The notes beneath the pieces are model-generated. The model saw nothing but the letters and a program-made list of their open reading frames with translations, was not told where the DNA came from and did no database searches. A stretch of 64,000 nucleotides of DNA from Myxococcales bacterium (GTDB taxonomy: Bacteria > Myxococcota_A > Polyangia > Nannocystales > Nannocystaceae). The DNA lies in contig JACKDU010000002.1 in the NCBI GenBank assembly GCA_020633335.1, positions 250,730 through 314,729 on the forward strand, written 5' to 3'. Of the stretch, positions 9,321 to 17,823 are shown piece by piece (positions within the stretch are counted from its first letter, which is position 1; each line of letters starts with the position of its first letter). Position numbers and translations under genes: made by a program.

Positions 9321-9698
9321 TCAGCTCGGCAGGCGCTCGCCCTGAGCTTGGCCGAAGATCCGATCGATCGCGAACTGCACCTCCTCGGTGAGGTGGTTGG
9401 GCTCGCCGAGGGCCGCGAGGTAGAAGGGCCGACCGCGGACCTCGACCCGCCAGATCTGGACGACCTCGCCGCGGGTGATCGCGTCCAGGAGCTCCTGGTT
9501 GAGGTTGGCCGGCTCCTCGGCGACGATCGGCGCGACCGCGGCGAGCTTCTCCGAGCGGTCGCCGACCCCGGTCACGCAGAGCCCCTTGGTCGAGGCCAGG
9601 GCCACGGTGTGGAGGCCCGTCCGCTCGGAGATGGACTTGAGGTAGTAACCCGCGGCTTCCCACGGGACAGTGCTGCGCTCGTTGCGACGATCAATCAT
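9321..9698 (-). CDS. hypothetical protein, possible roadblock/LC7-fold protein
   Basis: Start taken at MIDRRNE. The central segment HTVALASTKGLCVTGVGD…RVEVRGRPFYLAALGEPNHL has the alternating pattern of roadblock/LC7 proteins. Weak. Confidence 0.4.
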   Translation of the reverse strand: MIDRRNERSTVPWEAAGYYLKSISERTGLHTVALASTKGLCVTGVGDRSEKLAAVAPIVAEEPANLNQELLDAITRGEVVQIWRVEVRGRPFYLAALGEPNHLTEEVQFAIDRIFGQAQGERLPS

Positions 9699-9820
9699 GG
9701 GACGTGCTCCAGTGTGGTCCCATGTAGGATATTTCCAGACGCGGCCCCGCTCCAAAAAAGCGACGCGCCGCGGGGGTCAGCGCGGGCCCTCGTGGCGCGG
9801 AAGCGCGCGCATCCCGCGAC

Positions 9821-11146
9821 CTAGACCGCGTCGCTCAGGCTCGAGAAGTTGAAGTCGGCGACCACCATCGGCGGCACGACCACCGTCTGGCGACCGCCGC
9901 CGACCCGCTCCGGGCGCCCGAGCGCGAGCACGTTCTTGAGGAGCGTCAGCGGGCTCTCGTTGTAGCGCATGTTCTTGATCGCCCGGACGACCTTGCCCTG
10001 CTCGATCAGGAAGGTGCCGTCGCGGGTCAGCCCGGTCGCCAGGATCGTCTGCGGCTCGAGCATCCGGTTGTACCAGAAGCGGGTCACCAGGACGCCGCGG
10101 TCGACCCCCTGGACCAGCTCATCGACCGACGCCGAGCCGCCGCTGAGGAGGAACGAGGCCGGCCTCGGGAGCGGCGAGAGCCCCTCCCGCTTGGCCCAGT
10201 AGCGCGAGCAGGCGAGCGCCTTGAGGACGCCGCCGTCGATCCAGGTGGTGGCCGGGTGCGGCTGGCCGTCGCCGGCGAAGGGGATCGACGGGCAGAGCGG
10301 CTCGGCCGGGTTCGAGCGCAGGGTGATCGAGGATTGGCCGATCGCCTCGCCGATCCGGGTGCCGCCGCCCGCCCGCGAGAACGCGGAGCGCCCCTCGTCG
10401 GCGCTCCGCCGGTCGAGCGCGAAGCCGAGGAAGGCGAGGAGATCGGCGACCGCGGCCGGCTCGAGGACCACCGTCACACGCCCCGGCGTCAGCTCCTCGG
10501 GGTTCTGCGAGAGCGTCGCCTTGTCGGCCGCCCGGGTCGCCAGCGCCGTCGGATCGAGGTCGGCGATCCGGTGGCTCGCGGCCGACGCCCAGCCCGAGCC
10601 GGTGCCGTCGCGGGTCCGGCAGGTCATGCTCGCCGAGACCTCGGTCGACGCGTGGTAGGCGAAGAGGCCGGCCGTGTTGGCGAGCGCGACCGCGACGTCG
10701 GCGCTCTCGATCATCCCGGCGGCGTCGAGGCGCGCCTTGTTGGCGACCCGCAGCATCTTGCCCGCGAGCTCGGCCCGCGCGTCGGCGCCGATCGCCGCGC
10801 TCGCGCGATCGCGGGCGTCGACCTGGGCGTAGGTCTGGGGGCCGAGCGGGGGCATCAGCTCGGGATCGACCGGGGCGATCCGGGCGAGCTCCTCGGCCTG
10901 GGCGACCAGGCGGGCGAGCGCCTCCCGATCGCCGCCGCTCCCGCGGACGCTCGCCGAGCGACCGTCGACGCTGGCGCTCACCTCGACCTCGAGGCGCTCG
11001 GCCTCGCCGCTGGCGGCCGCCTGGTTCTGCGAGAAGCGGAGGTAGCCGCGGGCCGACGAGGTCACCCGCACCGACACGTCCTTGAGGGTCGCGGCCTTGA
11101 GCGCGGCCTGGGTGAGCGAGCGCGCCGCCTGCTTGGAGATGCTCAC
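9821..11146 (-). CDS. pmbA: TldE/PmbA-family metalloprotease modulator
   Basis: 441 aa from a GTG at 11146 that overlaps the tldD stop as GTGA. TldD/PmbA fold conservation throughout (…DGGVLKALACSRYWAKREGL…GVLVTRFWYNRMLEPQT…). The 1089-aa ORF upstream extension is R/G/P artefact in another gene's space. Confidence 0.75.
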   Translation of the reverse strand: MSISKQAARSLTQAALKAATLKDVSVRVTSSARGYLRFSQNQAAASGEAERLEVEVSASVDGRSASVRGSGGDREALARLVAQAEELARIAPVDPELMPPLGPQTYAQVDARDRASAAIGADARAELAGKMLRVANKARLDAAGMIESADVAVALANTAGLFAYHASTEVSASMTCRTRDGTGSGWASAASHRIADLDPTALATRAADKATLSQNPEELTPGRVTVVLEPAAVADLLAFLGFALDRRSADEGRSAFSRAGGGTRIGEAIGQSSITLRSNPAEPLCPSIPFAGDGQPHPATTWIDGGVLKALACSRYWAKREGLSPLPRPASFLLSGGSASVDELVQGVDRGVLVTRFWYNRMLEPQTILATGLTRDGTFLIEQGKVVRAIKNMRYNESPLTLLKNVLALGRPERVGGGRQTVVVPPMVVADFNFSSLSDAV

Positions 11147-12768
11147 TTCGCCCCCCCGATGTTGAGGACGTTGGCCCGAAAGCGCGCCGGCGGGCAGCCG
11201 TGGCTGACCGCGTTCGACTGCCCGGGCTCGCCCTTGCCGTCGCTGAAGGAGCCGCCGAGGCGGTAGCTCCCCTCGCCGCCGATCATGTCGCAGGAATTCC
11301 AGAACTCGACGGTGTTCGCCTGGTAGGCGACGTCGCGGAGCGGCCGGCGGAGGCGGCCCTTCTTGATCTCCCAGAAGGCCTGGCCGCTGAACTGGAAGTT
11401 GTAGCGCTGCTGGTCGATCGACCAGCTCCCGCGCCCGCTGATCAGGATCCCGTCGTCGGTCGCGTTGATCAGGTCCTCGGTGGTGTAGCCCTCGGGGCCC
11501 GGCTGGAGGCTGACGTTGGGCATCCGCTGGAAGGCGACCGAGGCGTAGGAGTCGGCGTAGGCGCAGCCGCGGCTCGCCTCCTCGCCGATCGCCCCGGCGA
11601 GCTCGCGGGTCGTCTGCCAGCCGACCAGCACCCCGTCCTTGACCAGCGGCCAGCGCTGGGCGGCGACCGCCTCGTCGTCCCAGGCGGTGGTCGCCAGCCC
11701 GCCGGCCTGCGTGCGATCGGCGAAGAAGGAGACCTTGTCGTTGCCGATCCGGAGCTTGCCGGTGTCGCTCGGCTTGATGAACGAGGTGCCGGCGAAGTTC
11801 GCCTCCATCCCGAGCGCGCGATCGAGCTCGGTCGAGTGGCCGATGCTCTCGTGGATCGTCAGCCAGAGGTTGCTCGGCGCCAGGATCACGGTCTTGAGGC
11901 CGGGCTCGACCGCGGCCGCGTGGAGCTTCTGGAGCGCCTCCTGGGCGATCACCGGCGCCTCCTCGACCAGGCGCGCGCCCTCGACGTGCTCCCAGCCGGC
12001 GAGCATCGGCGCGACCTCGTGATCGCGGGAGGCGAAGCGGCCGCGGCGGCGATCGATCGCGGTCGCGGTCAGCGAGGGCATCACCCGGAAGAAGACCTGG
12101 TGGGTGCGCGATCCCTCGCTGGTGATCAGGATCTTCTCCTCGCGGACCGCGAGCACCGAGGCGTCGACGTTGCGGATCCCCGGGACCCGGAGCGCCGCCT
12201 GGGCGGCGGCGAGGAGCATGTCGGCCTTCTCCTGGAGGGGCACGGCGATCGGATCGCGGCCGAAGGGCGAGACCCACTCGCCGACCATCGCCGGCGCCGG
12301 CGCGAGGACGATCGGCTGGCGGCGGAGGGCGGCGCTGCGGCGGCCCATCGCCACCGCGTCCTTGGCGAGGCGGGCGGCGACCTTGCGATCGACGGTCGAC
12401 GAGGCCGCGAAGCCCCAGGCGCCGTCGACCAGGACCCGGAGGCCGAGGCCGTACTCCTCGTTGGCGCCGACCCCGGAGACGTGATCGTCGCGGACGCTCA
12501 CCCGGTCGCGGCGCCAGAGCACCAGGCGCGCGTCGGCGTAGCTCGCCCCCGCCTTGACCGCGGCCTCGACCGCGAGGCGGGCGATCGGCTCGTCCGCGGG
12601 GAGCCGCGAGCCGGCGATCACGTCGGCGGTCTGGATCGCGCTCTGCGGCGCCGCGTTGGCGGCGGGGCGGCGGAATTCGGGCGCCGCCCAGGCCCGCCCG
12701 CGCGGCATCAAGAAGCCGGCCGAGGCGATCCCTGCCAGGGCCAGGAAGGAGCGTCGCGAGCTCGACAT
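11143..12768 (-). CDS. tldD: TldD-family metalloprotease with twin-arginine (Tat) signal peptide
   Basis: Tat motif MSSSRRSFLALAGIASAGFL. TldD family conservation including HESIGHSTELD (HExxxH) and GRGSWSIDQQRYNFQF. Confidence 0.85.
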   Translation of the reverse strand: MSSSRRSFLALAGIASAGFLMPRGRAWAAPEFRRPAANAAPQSAIQTADVIAGSRLPADEPIARLAVEAAVKAGASYADARLVLWRRDRVSVRDDHVSGVGANEEYGLGLRVLVDGAWGFAASSTVDRKVAARLAKDAVAMGRRSAALRRQPIVLAPAPAMVGEWVSPFGRDPIAVPLQEKADMLLAAAQAALRVPGIRNVDASVLAVREEKILITSEGSRTHQVFFRVMPSLTATAIDRRRGRFASRDHEVAPMLAGWEHVEGARLVEEAPVIAQEALQKLHAAAVEPGLKTVILAPSNLWLTIHESIGHSTELDRALGMEANFAGTSFIKPSDTGKLRIGNDKVSFFADRTQAGGLATTAWDDEAVAAQRWPLVKDGVLVGWQTTRELAGAIGEEASRGCAYADSYASVAFQRMPNVSLQPGPEGYTTEDLINATDDGILISGRGSWSIDQQRYNFQFSGQAFWEIKKGRLRRPLRDVAYQANTVEFWNSCDMIGGEGSYRLGGSFSDGKGEPGQSNAVSHGCPPARFRANVLNIGGAK

Positions 12769-12842
12769 CGGCGGCCACTATACCGCAAGGCGCGGCTGGC
12801 AATCGCCCGCGATCGGGGCCATGATGCCCCCCGGAGCGAACG

Positions 12843-13571
12843 ATGAAAAAGACCCCGCAAGGCCTCCTGATCGCCCTCCTGCTCGCCCCGCCCCTCACCC
12901 TCGGGGCCGCCTGCGGGAGCCCGCCGCCGGCCGCCGACGCGCCCCAGGCCCCGAGCGTGGCCGGGGCCCCCGAGGCGGCGCCCGCCCCCGCCGAGGCCCC
13001 GGGGGCCCCGGAGGCGAAGGCGGACAACCGCGTCCTCGCCGACTCCGGCCTCGGGGTGGGTGGCAAGCTCCGCGCCTTCCAGATCACCAACTGCGAGAGC
13101 GGCGAGGAGTACTGCCAGGTCTGCCGCTACGGCGCCTCGCCCAAGATCATGGCGGTCGGCGACCTCGACGACCCCGCGTTTCGGACCGACCTCCAGAACA
13201 TCGACGCCGTGGTCAAGAAGTACGGCGAGGACAAGCTCAAGGCCTTCGGCGTGATCGCCGAGATCCACGACGGCAAGGGCCTCACCCCGAAGGAGGGGCG
13301 CGAGGAGCTGATCGCCAAGGTCAAGGCGATGCGCGAGGAGCTCGGGATCACGATCCCGGTGGTCGTCCCAGCCCTCGAGGAGGGCGGCGGCAACGAGGCC
13401 TTCGACGGCTACTACAACATCACCAAGAGCCGGACGCTGATGTTCGCCGACAGCCGCAACGCGGTCCGCTACTCGGCGACCGCGCCCAGCGATCTCGCCG
13501 GGCTCAACGCGGCGATCGTCGAGGTGCTCGGCGGCGGCAGCGGAGCCGCGGACGCGCCGGCCGAGGGCTAG
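12843..13571 (+). CDS. lipoprotein, function unknown
   Basis: Signal peptide plus lipobox LTLGAAC. Pro/Ala-rich linker. CxxxxxxC…CQVC cysteine cluster. Stop lies inside an 18-bp tandem duplication. Confidence 0.55.
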   Translation: MKKTPQGLLIALLLAPPLTLGAACGSPPPAADAPQAPSVAGAPEAAPAPAEAPGAPEAKADNRVLADSGLGVGGKLRAFQITNCESGEEYCQVCRYGASPKIMAVGDLDDPAFRTDLQNIDAVVKKYGEDKLKAFGVIAEIHDGKGLTPKEGREELIAKVKAMREELGITIPVVVPALEEGGGNEAFDGYYNITKSRTLMFADSRNAVRYSATAPSDLAGLNAAIVEVLGGGSGAADAPAEG

Positions 13572-13589
13572 GCGCCGGCCGAGGGCTAG
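13554..13589. repeat. 18-bp perfect tandem duplication spanning the stop codon of the 12843-13571 gene
   Basis: gcgccggccgagggctag x2 (13554-13571 and 13572-13589). Confidence 0.85.
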
Positions 13590-13996
13590 GCGCAGAGCGC
13601 CCGTAGGCCGACGCGCGCCGCCGCCGGGATCGCCTGCGGCGCGCCGCCGCGATCGCGCCAGCGCCAGCGCCGCTCGACCCGTCCCGACATCGCGCGGCCC
13701 TGCCAGGCGATCGCCAGCAACACCGCGTCATCGGCGACCTCGAGGACCGCGACCTCCAAGATCACCGACGCCTCGTGGTCTCCCGCCCCCTCGCCTGCCC
13801 CCCAGCGCGCCGGCGCGCGCGGCTCCTCCGGCGCCGGCCCGATCCCCTCGACCTCGGCGACCGCCAGCACCCCCGCGATCTCAAAGAGCGCGCCGACGGC
13901 GGCGTCGACCAGCGCCTCGAGCTCGGCCCCGCCCACCCCGCGGAGGCGCAGCGGCGCGCAGAGGCGCTCCGGCGGCTCGACCAGCGCTCCCGCCAC
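13586..13996 (-). CDS. hypothetical protein
   Basis: 136-aa ORF immediately downstream of the Yip1-like membrane protein gene on the same strand. No recognisable motif; may not be real. Confidence 0.25.
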   Translation of the reverse strand: MAGALVEPPERLCAPLRLRGVGGAELEALVDAAVGALFEIAGVLAVAEVEGIGPAPEEPRAPARWGAGEGAGDHEASVILEVAVLEVADDAVLLAIAWQGRAMSGRVERRWRWRDRGGAPQAIPAAARVGLRALCA

Positions 13997-14005
13997 GATC
14001 CCGCC

Positions 14006-14905
14006 TCAGGGCAGCAGGTAGGGGCTCGCCGGCGGCGGCGACCACCCCGGGAGCTCCTGGAGGACGAAGATCAGCCGGATGACGGCCGCGGCGGCGAAGA
14101 GCGCGAGCGGGACGATCGCCACCAGGATCCCGCGGAGCAGGGAGATCCGGTGGGTGCCGGCGAGCGCGCGCGCGAGCTGACGGAAGAAGAGCCCGGACAT
14201 CAGCCCGAAGACGACGAGGTAGTAGGGGAAGCTCCCGGCCACGCCGAGGTAGAGCGGGAGCTCGGCGAGCGAGAGGACCGCCAGCGGGGCCGCCATCGCG
14301 TAGCCGGTCGCCCGCATCGACGCGGCGATCGAGCGCGGCGCGCCGCCGGTGAGGGCGAGGGCGACGTGGGTCAGGAGCCCGCCGAAGAAGTAGAGGAGCG
14401 GCAGGCCGATCGGCACCATGAGGAGGATCCAGACCCCCAGGACCTCGACCAGGTGGGGATCCAGGACGTCGTCGATCGGCCGGACGACGAACTCCTCGCC
14501 CGCTCCGAGCGCCGCCCGCAGGCCGAGGACGACGACGGTGACCAGCCACACCGGGATCCGCACGGTGTAGAGGAACGCCAGGATCGAGCTGTGCGCGACC
14601 GGCTCCTGGACGTCGGCGAAGCTCTCCCGCGGCCGACGGAGGAGCGCCCAGAGGGTGCGAATCACCCGCCAGCGCCACCCCGGGAGCTCGTCCTCGTCGT
14701 CGCGCGCACCCGCCGCCCTCCGCGGCTGACGCGGCCATTCGACGGGGAGGGCGCTCCAGAGCACCCCCTCGTCGGCGAGGAGGCGCTCGCCGACGGCGCG
14801 GCGGCGGGCGGCCCGATCGCGTGGCGGAGTGGCGGAGGTCACGGCGGCGGGAGCATACCCGACCTGCGCCGGCGATGGGGGTTCACAGGTGAAGGTCGCC
14901 CGCAT
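14006..14905 (-). CDS. Yip1-family integral membrane protein
   Basis: WRWRVIRTLWALLRRPRESFADV N-terminal motif followed by about five hydrophobic helices. The start may be internal, since the N-terminal ~60 aa are R/P-rich. Confidence 0.5.
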   Translation of the reverse strand: MRATFTCEPPSPAQVGYAPAAVTSATPPRDRAARRRAVGERLLADEGVLWSALPVEWPRQPRRAAGARDDEDELPGWRWRVIRTLWALLRRPRESFADVQEPVAHSSILAFLYTVRIPVWLVTVVVLGLRAALGAGEEFVVRPIDDVLDPHLVEVLGVWILLMVPIGLPLLYFFGGLLTHVALALTGGAPRSIAASMRATGYAMAAPLAVLSLAELPLYLGVAGSFPYYLVVFGLMSGLFFRQLARALAGTHRISLLRGILVAIVPLALFAAAAVIRLIFVLQELPGWSPPPASPYLLP

Positions 14906-14916
14906 ACCCTTGCCCC

Positions 14917-15615
14917 ATGGTCCCGCCCCGTCGTGGCCCGGCTCCCCTGCCCTCTGCGGCGCGCCTCGTCGTCGTCGGCGTCCTGACGGCCACCGCAGCC
15001 CTCGGCTGCCGACCCCGCGATGGGCTCCCGCAGCACTACGACGATCCCGACGCGATGATCGTCCAGTTCGAGCGGGACGATCGCGACGCCTGGGCGATGC
15101 CCGATCGCGTGGTCCGGGCGCTGGCGATCGACGCCAAGGACGCGGTCGTCGCCGACATCGGCGCGGGCTCGGGTTACTTCACCCGCCGCCTCGCCCGCGA
15201 GGTGCCGGCCGGCCTGGTCTACGCGGTCGACATCGACGATCGCTTCCACGCCTACATCGAGAAGAACCGCGAGGCCTGGGGGACCCCGAACATCGAGCCC
15301 CGCCTCGCGTTCTATGACGATCCTGCGCTCCCCGAGGCCGGCGTCGACCTCGTCTTCATGTCCAACACCTACCCCTACCTCAAGGATCGCGTCGCCTACC
15401 TCAAGAAGGTGCGGGCGGTCCTCCGGCCCGGGGGGCGCCTGGCGATCGTCGGCTTCCGCGAGGACGCCAACGTCCCGGGCGACGACGCACCTGACCCAAA
15501 GTACAGGATCCCGCAGGCGACGGTGATCTCCGAGGCCGAGGCCGCCGGCTTCACCCTCGACCGCGAGGAGACCTTCCTCCCCTACCAGCACTTCCTGATC
15601 TTCCGGGTCCGCTGA
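14917..15615 (+). CDS. class I SAM-dependent methyltransferase, exported (probable lipoprotein)
   Basis: Motif I VADIGAGSGYFT. Signal peptide with LGC lipobox. 33 bp upstream of the cyclase gene. Confidence 0.65.
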   Translation: MVPPRRGPAPLPSAARLVVVGVLTATAALGCRPRDGLPQHYDDPDAMIVQFERDDRDAWAMPDRVVRALAIDAKDAVVADIGAGSGYFTRRLAREVPAGLVYAVDIDDRFHAYIEKNREAWGTPNIEPRLAFYDDPALPEAGVDLVFMSNTYPYLKDRVAYLKKVRAVLRPGGRLAIVGFREDANVPGDDAPDPKYRIPQATVISEAEAAGFTLDREETFLPYQHFLIFRVR

Positions 15616-15648
15616 GCCCTCCCGCCGGACCCCCCAGGAGCGAGCCCC

Positions 15649-17700
15649 GTGACCACCACGACCTCCGCGGCCGCGAGCGCCGCGCCCTCGGCGACGCCGA
15701 ACGACGACCTCCACGCCCGCGCCGCCGACGCCTACGCCCGCGCCCTCGATCACCTCCGCGCCGTCCAGCAGCCGAAGGGCGCGCTCGCGGGCGAGGTGAT
15801 CTGGAACCCGATGCTCATCTGCCAGTACGTGATGGCGATGAAGCTCCTCGGCCAGCCGATCGCCGACGATCGGCGCCGGCGGATCCGCCTCAGCTTGGAG
15901 CGCCAGGTCCGACCCGACGGCGGCTGGGGGATGCACCCCGACTCCGAGTCCTACCTCTTCCACACGACCCTCGCCTACGTCGCCCTCCGCCTCCTCGGCC
16001 ACCCGCCCGAGGACCCGCTCGCGGCCGCCGCCCTCCGCTGGATCCACAACCACGGCGGGCCGCTGGTGCTGCCGACCTGGGGGCGGATCTGGCTCGCGCT
16101 CCTCGGCCTCTACCCGTGGGAGAGCGTGCAGGCGATCGTCCCCGAGATCTGGCTCCTGCCGGAGGCCTCGCCCTTCCACCCGCGGCGCCTCTACTGCCAC
16201 ATGCGCCTGATCTACCTCGGGCTCTCCTTCGTCTACGGCAGCCGCCTCCAGGCCGACGAGGACGGGCTGCTGCGGGCGATCCGTGACGAGCTCTACCCCG
16301 AGGGCTACGCCGCCGCGCCCTTCGAGCGCTACCGCGACACGATCGCGGTCACCGACCTCTACGAGGCGCCGGGCGTCGGCCTCCGGACCGCCTTCGCCGG
16401 CCTCCGCCTCGTCGATCGCCTGAGCCCGAAGCTCCTCCGCCGACGCGCGCTCGATCGGGCCTTCGATCAGATCCTCTTCGAGCTCCGCTCGACCGCCTAC
16501 GTCTGCCTCTCGCCGGTCAACGGCCTCCTCTTCACGCTCGCGCTCTTCGCCCGCGATCGTCGGCACCCCGAGCTGCCGGCGGCGATCCGCGGCCTCGAGT
16601 ACTGGGTGTGGGAGGACGAGGTCGACGGCATGCGGATCGCCGGCGCGCGCTCCGACATCTGGGACACCGCCTTCGCCCTCCAGGCACTCGCCGAGGGGCC
16701 CCGCTCCGAGACCGCCGCGGCGATCGCCGAGGACGCGTGCCGCTGGCTGCCCACCGCCCAGATGCGCGCCGACGTCCCCGACGGCGCCCGCCACTTCCGC
16801 TCGCCGGCGGCCGGCGGCTGGGGCTTCGCCGACGAGCACCACCCCTGGCCGGTCTCCGACTGCACCGCCGAGGCGATGGAGGGGCTGCTGCGAGCGGCCG
16901 ACGCCGGCCTGGTCGAAGGGCCAGGTCTCCCGAAGGACCGAGCCCTGGCGGCGATCCGCTTCGTCCTCGGCCGGCAGAACGACGACGGCGGCTTCGGCTC
17001 CTACGAGGCCCGCCGCGGGTCGATGGTGATCCGCCACTTTAACCCGGCGGAGATCTACGGCAACTGCATGCTCGAGTACTCCTACGCCGAGTGCACGGCG
17101 TCCTGCGTCCGCGGCCTCGCCTACGCCCGCGATCGCCTGGGCGACGCGCTCCCCCGCGGCCTCGCCCGCGAGGTCGAGGGGGCGATCGAGCGCGGCGTCG
17201 CCTTCCTCCTCAAGGCCCAGGACGCGGGCGGCGGCTGGGCGGGCTTCTGGGGGGTCAACTTCACCTACGGGACCTTCTTCGTCGCCGGCGCCCTGCGGGC
17301 CTGCGGCCTCGATCCCCACCACCCCGCGCTCCGCCGGGCCTGCCGCTGGCTCTGCCGGGCGCAGCGCCCCGACGGCGGCTGGGGCGAGGACTTCCGCGGC
17401 GTCCTCGACGGCAGCGACGTCCGCCTCCCGCCCGAGGAGCCGAGCCTGGTCACCCAGAGCGCCTGGGCGCTCCTCGCCCTGATGGCCGCGGCCCCGGCCG
17501 AGGACGCCGACGCCGCGCGGGCGATCGAGCGCGGGATCGCCTTCGTCAGCGGCCGCCAGGGCCCCGACGGCGCCTGGCCGCGCGAGCGCGCGAGCGGCGT
17601 CTTCTTCAACACCGCGGTCCTCGACTACGACCTCTACCGCCAGATCTTCCCGGCCTGGGCGCTCGCCCGCTACCTCGGCGAGCACTCGGCCGAGGGCTGA
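15649..17700 (+). CDS. 2,3-oxidosqualene cyclase (lanosterol/cycloartenol synthase family)
   Basis: Catalytic motif GGWGFADEHHPWPVSDCTAEAMEG (DCTAE, characteristic of oxidosqualene cyclases, versus DxDDTA in squalene-hopene cyclases). Multiple QW repeats (RQNDDGGFGSY, QRPDGGWGEDF, GRQGPDGAWP, KAQDAGGGWAGFWG). 683 aa. Confidence 0.85.
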   Translation: MTTTTSAAASAAPSATPNDDLHARAADAYARALDHLRAVQQPKGALAGEVIWNPMLICQYVMAMKLLGQPIADDRRRRIRLSLERQVRPDGGWGMHPDSESYLFHTTLAYVALRLLGHPPEDPLAAAALRWIHNHGGPLVLPTWGRIWLALLGLYPWESVQAIVPEIWLLPEASPFHPRRLYCHMRLIYLGLSFVYGSRLQADEDGLLRAIRDELYPEGYAAAPFERYRDTIAVTDLYEAPGVGLRTAFAGLRLVDRLSPKLLRRRALDRAFDQILFELRSTAYVCLSPVNGLLFTLALFARDRRHPELPAAIRGLEYWVWEDEVDGMRIAGARSDIWDTAFALQALAEGPRSETAAAIAEDACRWLPTAQMRADVPDGARHFRSPAAGGWGFADEHHPWPVSDCTAEAMEGLLRAADAGLVEGPGLPKDRALAAIRFVLGRQNDDGGFGSYEARRGSMVIRHFNPAEIYGNCMLEYSYAECTASCVRGLAYARDRLGDALPRGLAREVEGAIERGVAFLLKAQDAGGGWAGFWGVNFTYGTFFVAGALRACGLDPHHPALRRACRWLCRAQRPDGGWGEDFRGVLDGSDVRLPPEEPSLVTQSAWALLALMAAAPAEDADAARAIERGIAFVSGRQGPDGAWPRERASGVFFNTAVLDYDLYRQIFPAWALARYLGEHSAEG

Positions 17701-17726
17701 GGTCGACGACGCGACGTCGCGCGCTA

Positions 17727-17744
17727 CCTGGTCGAAAGACCAGG
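17727..17744 (+). terminator. stable hairpin (7-bp stem, GAAA tetraloop) between convergent genes
   Basis: cctggtc-gaaa-gaccagg 27 bp after the cyclase stop. No U-tract. Confidence 0.35.
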
Positions 17745-17823
17745 ATCGACGCCGGCCTCAGCGCGAGCGCTGCGCGAGCGGATCGTCAGCGTCTCGCAGG
17801 TCGGCGGTCAACGGCGCTCGTCG

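Noticed and set aside
11200-12846. 548-aa + strand ORF opposite tldD, and the 1089-aa single ORF 9821-13090
   Set aside because: The + ORF is antisense artefact. The 1089-aa ORF is a PmbA gene plus a spurious upstream extension running through tldD in another frame; the real start was placed at the GTG overlapping the tldD stop.
14839-17685. 948-aa minus-strand ORF across the oxidosqualene cyclase
   Set aside because: Antisense to a gene with clear QW/DCTAE motifs; composition artefact.
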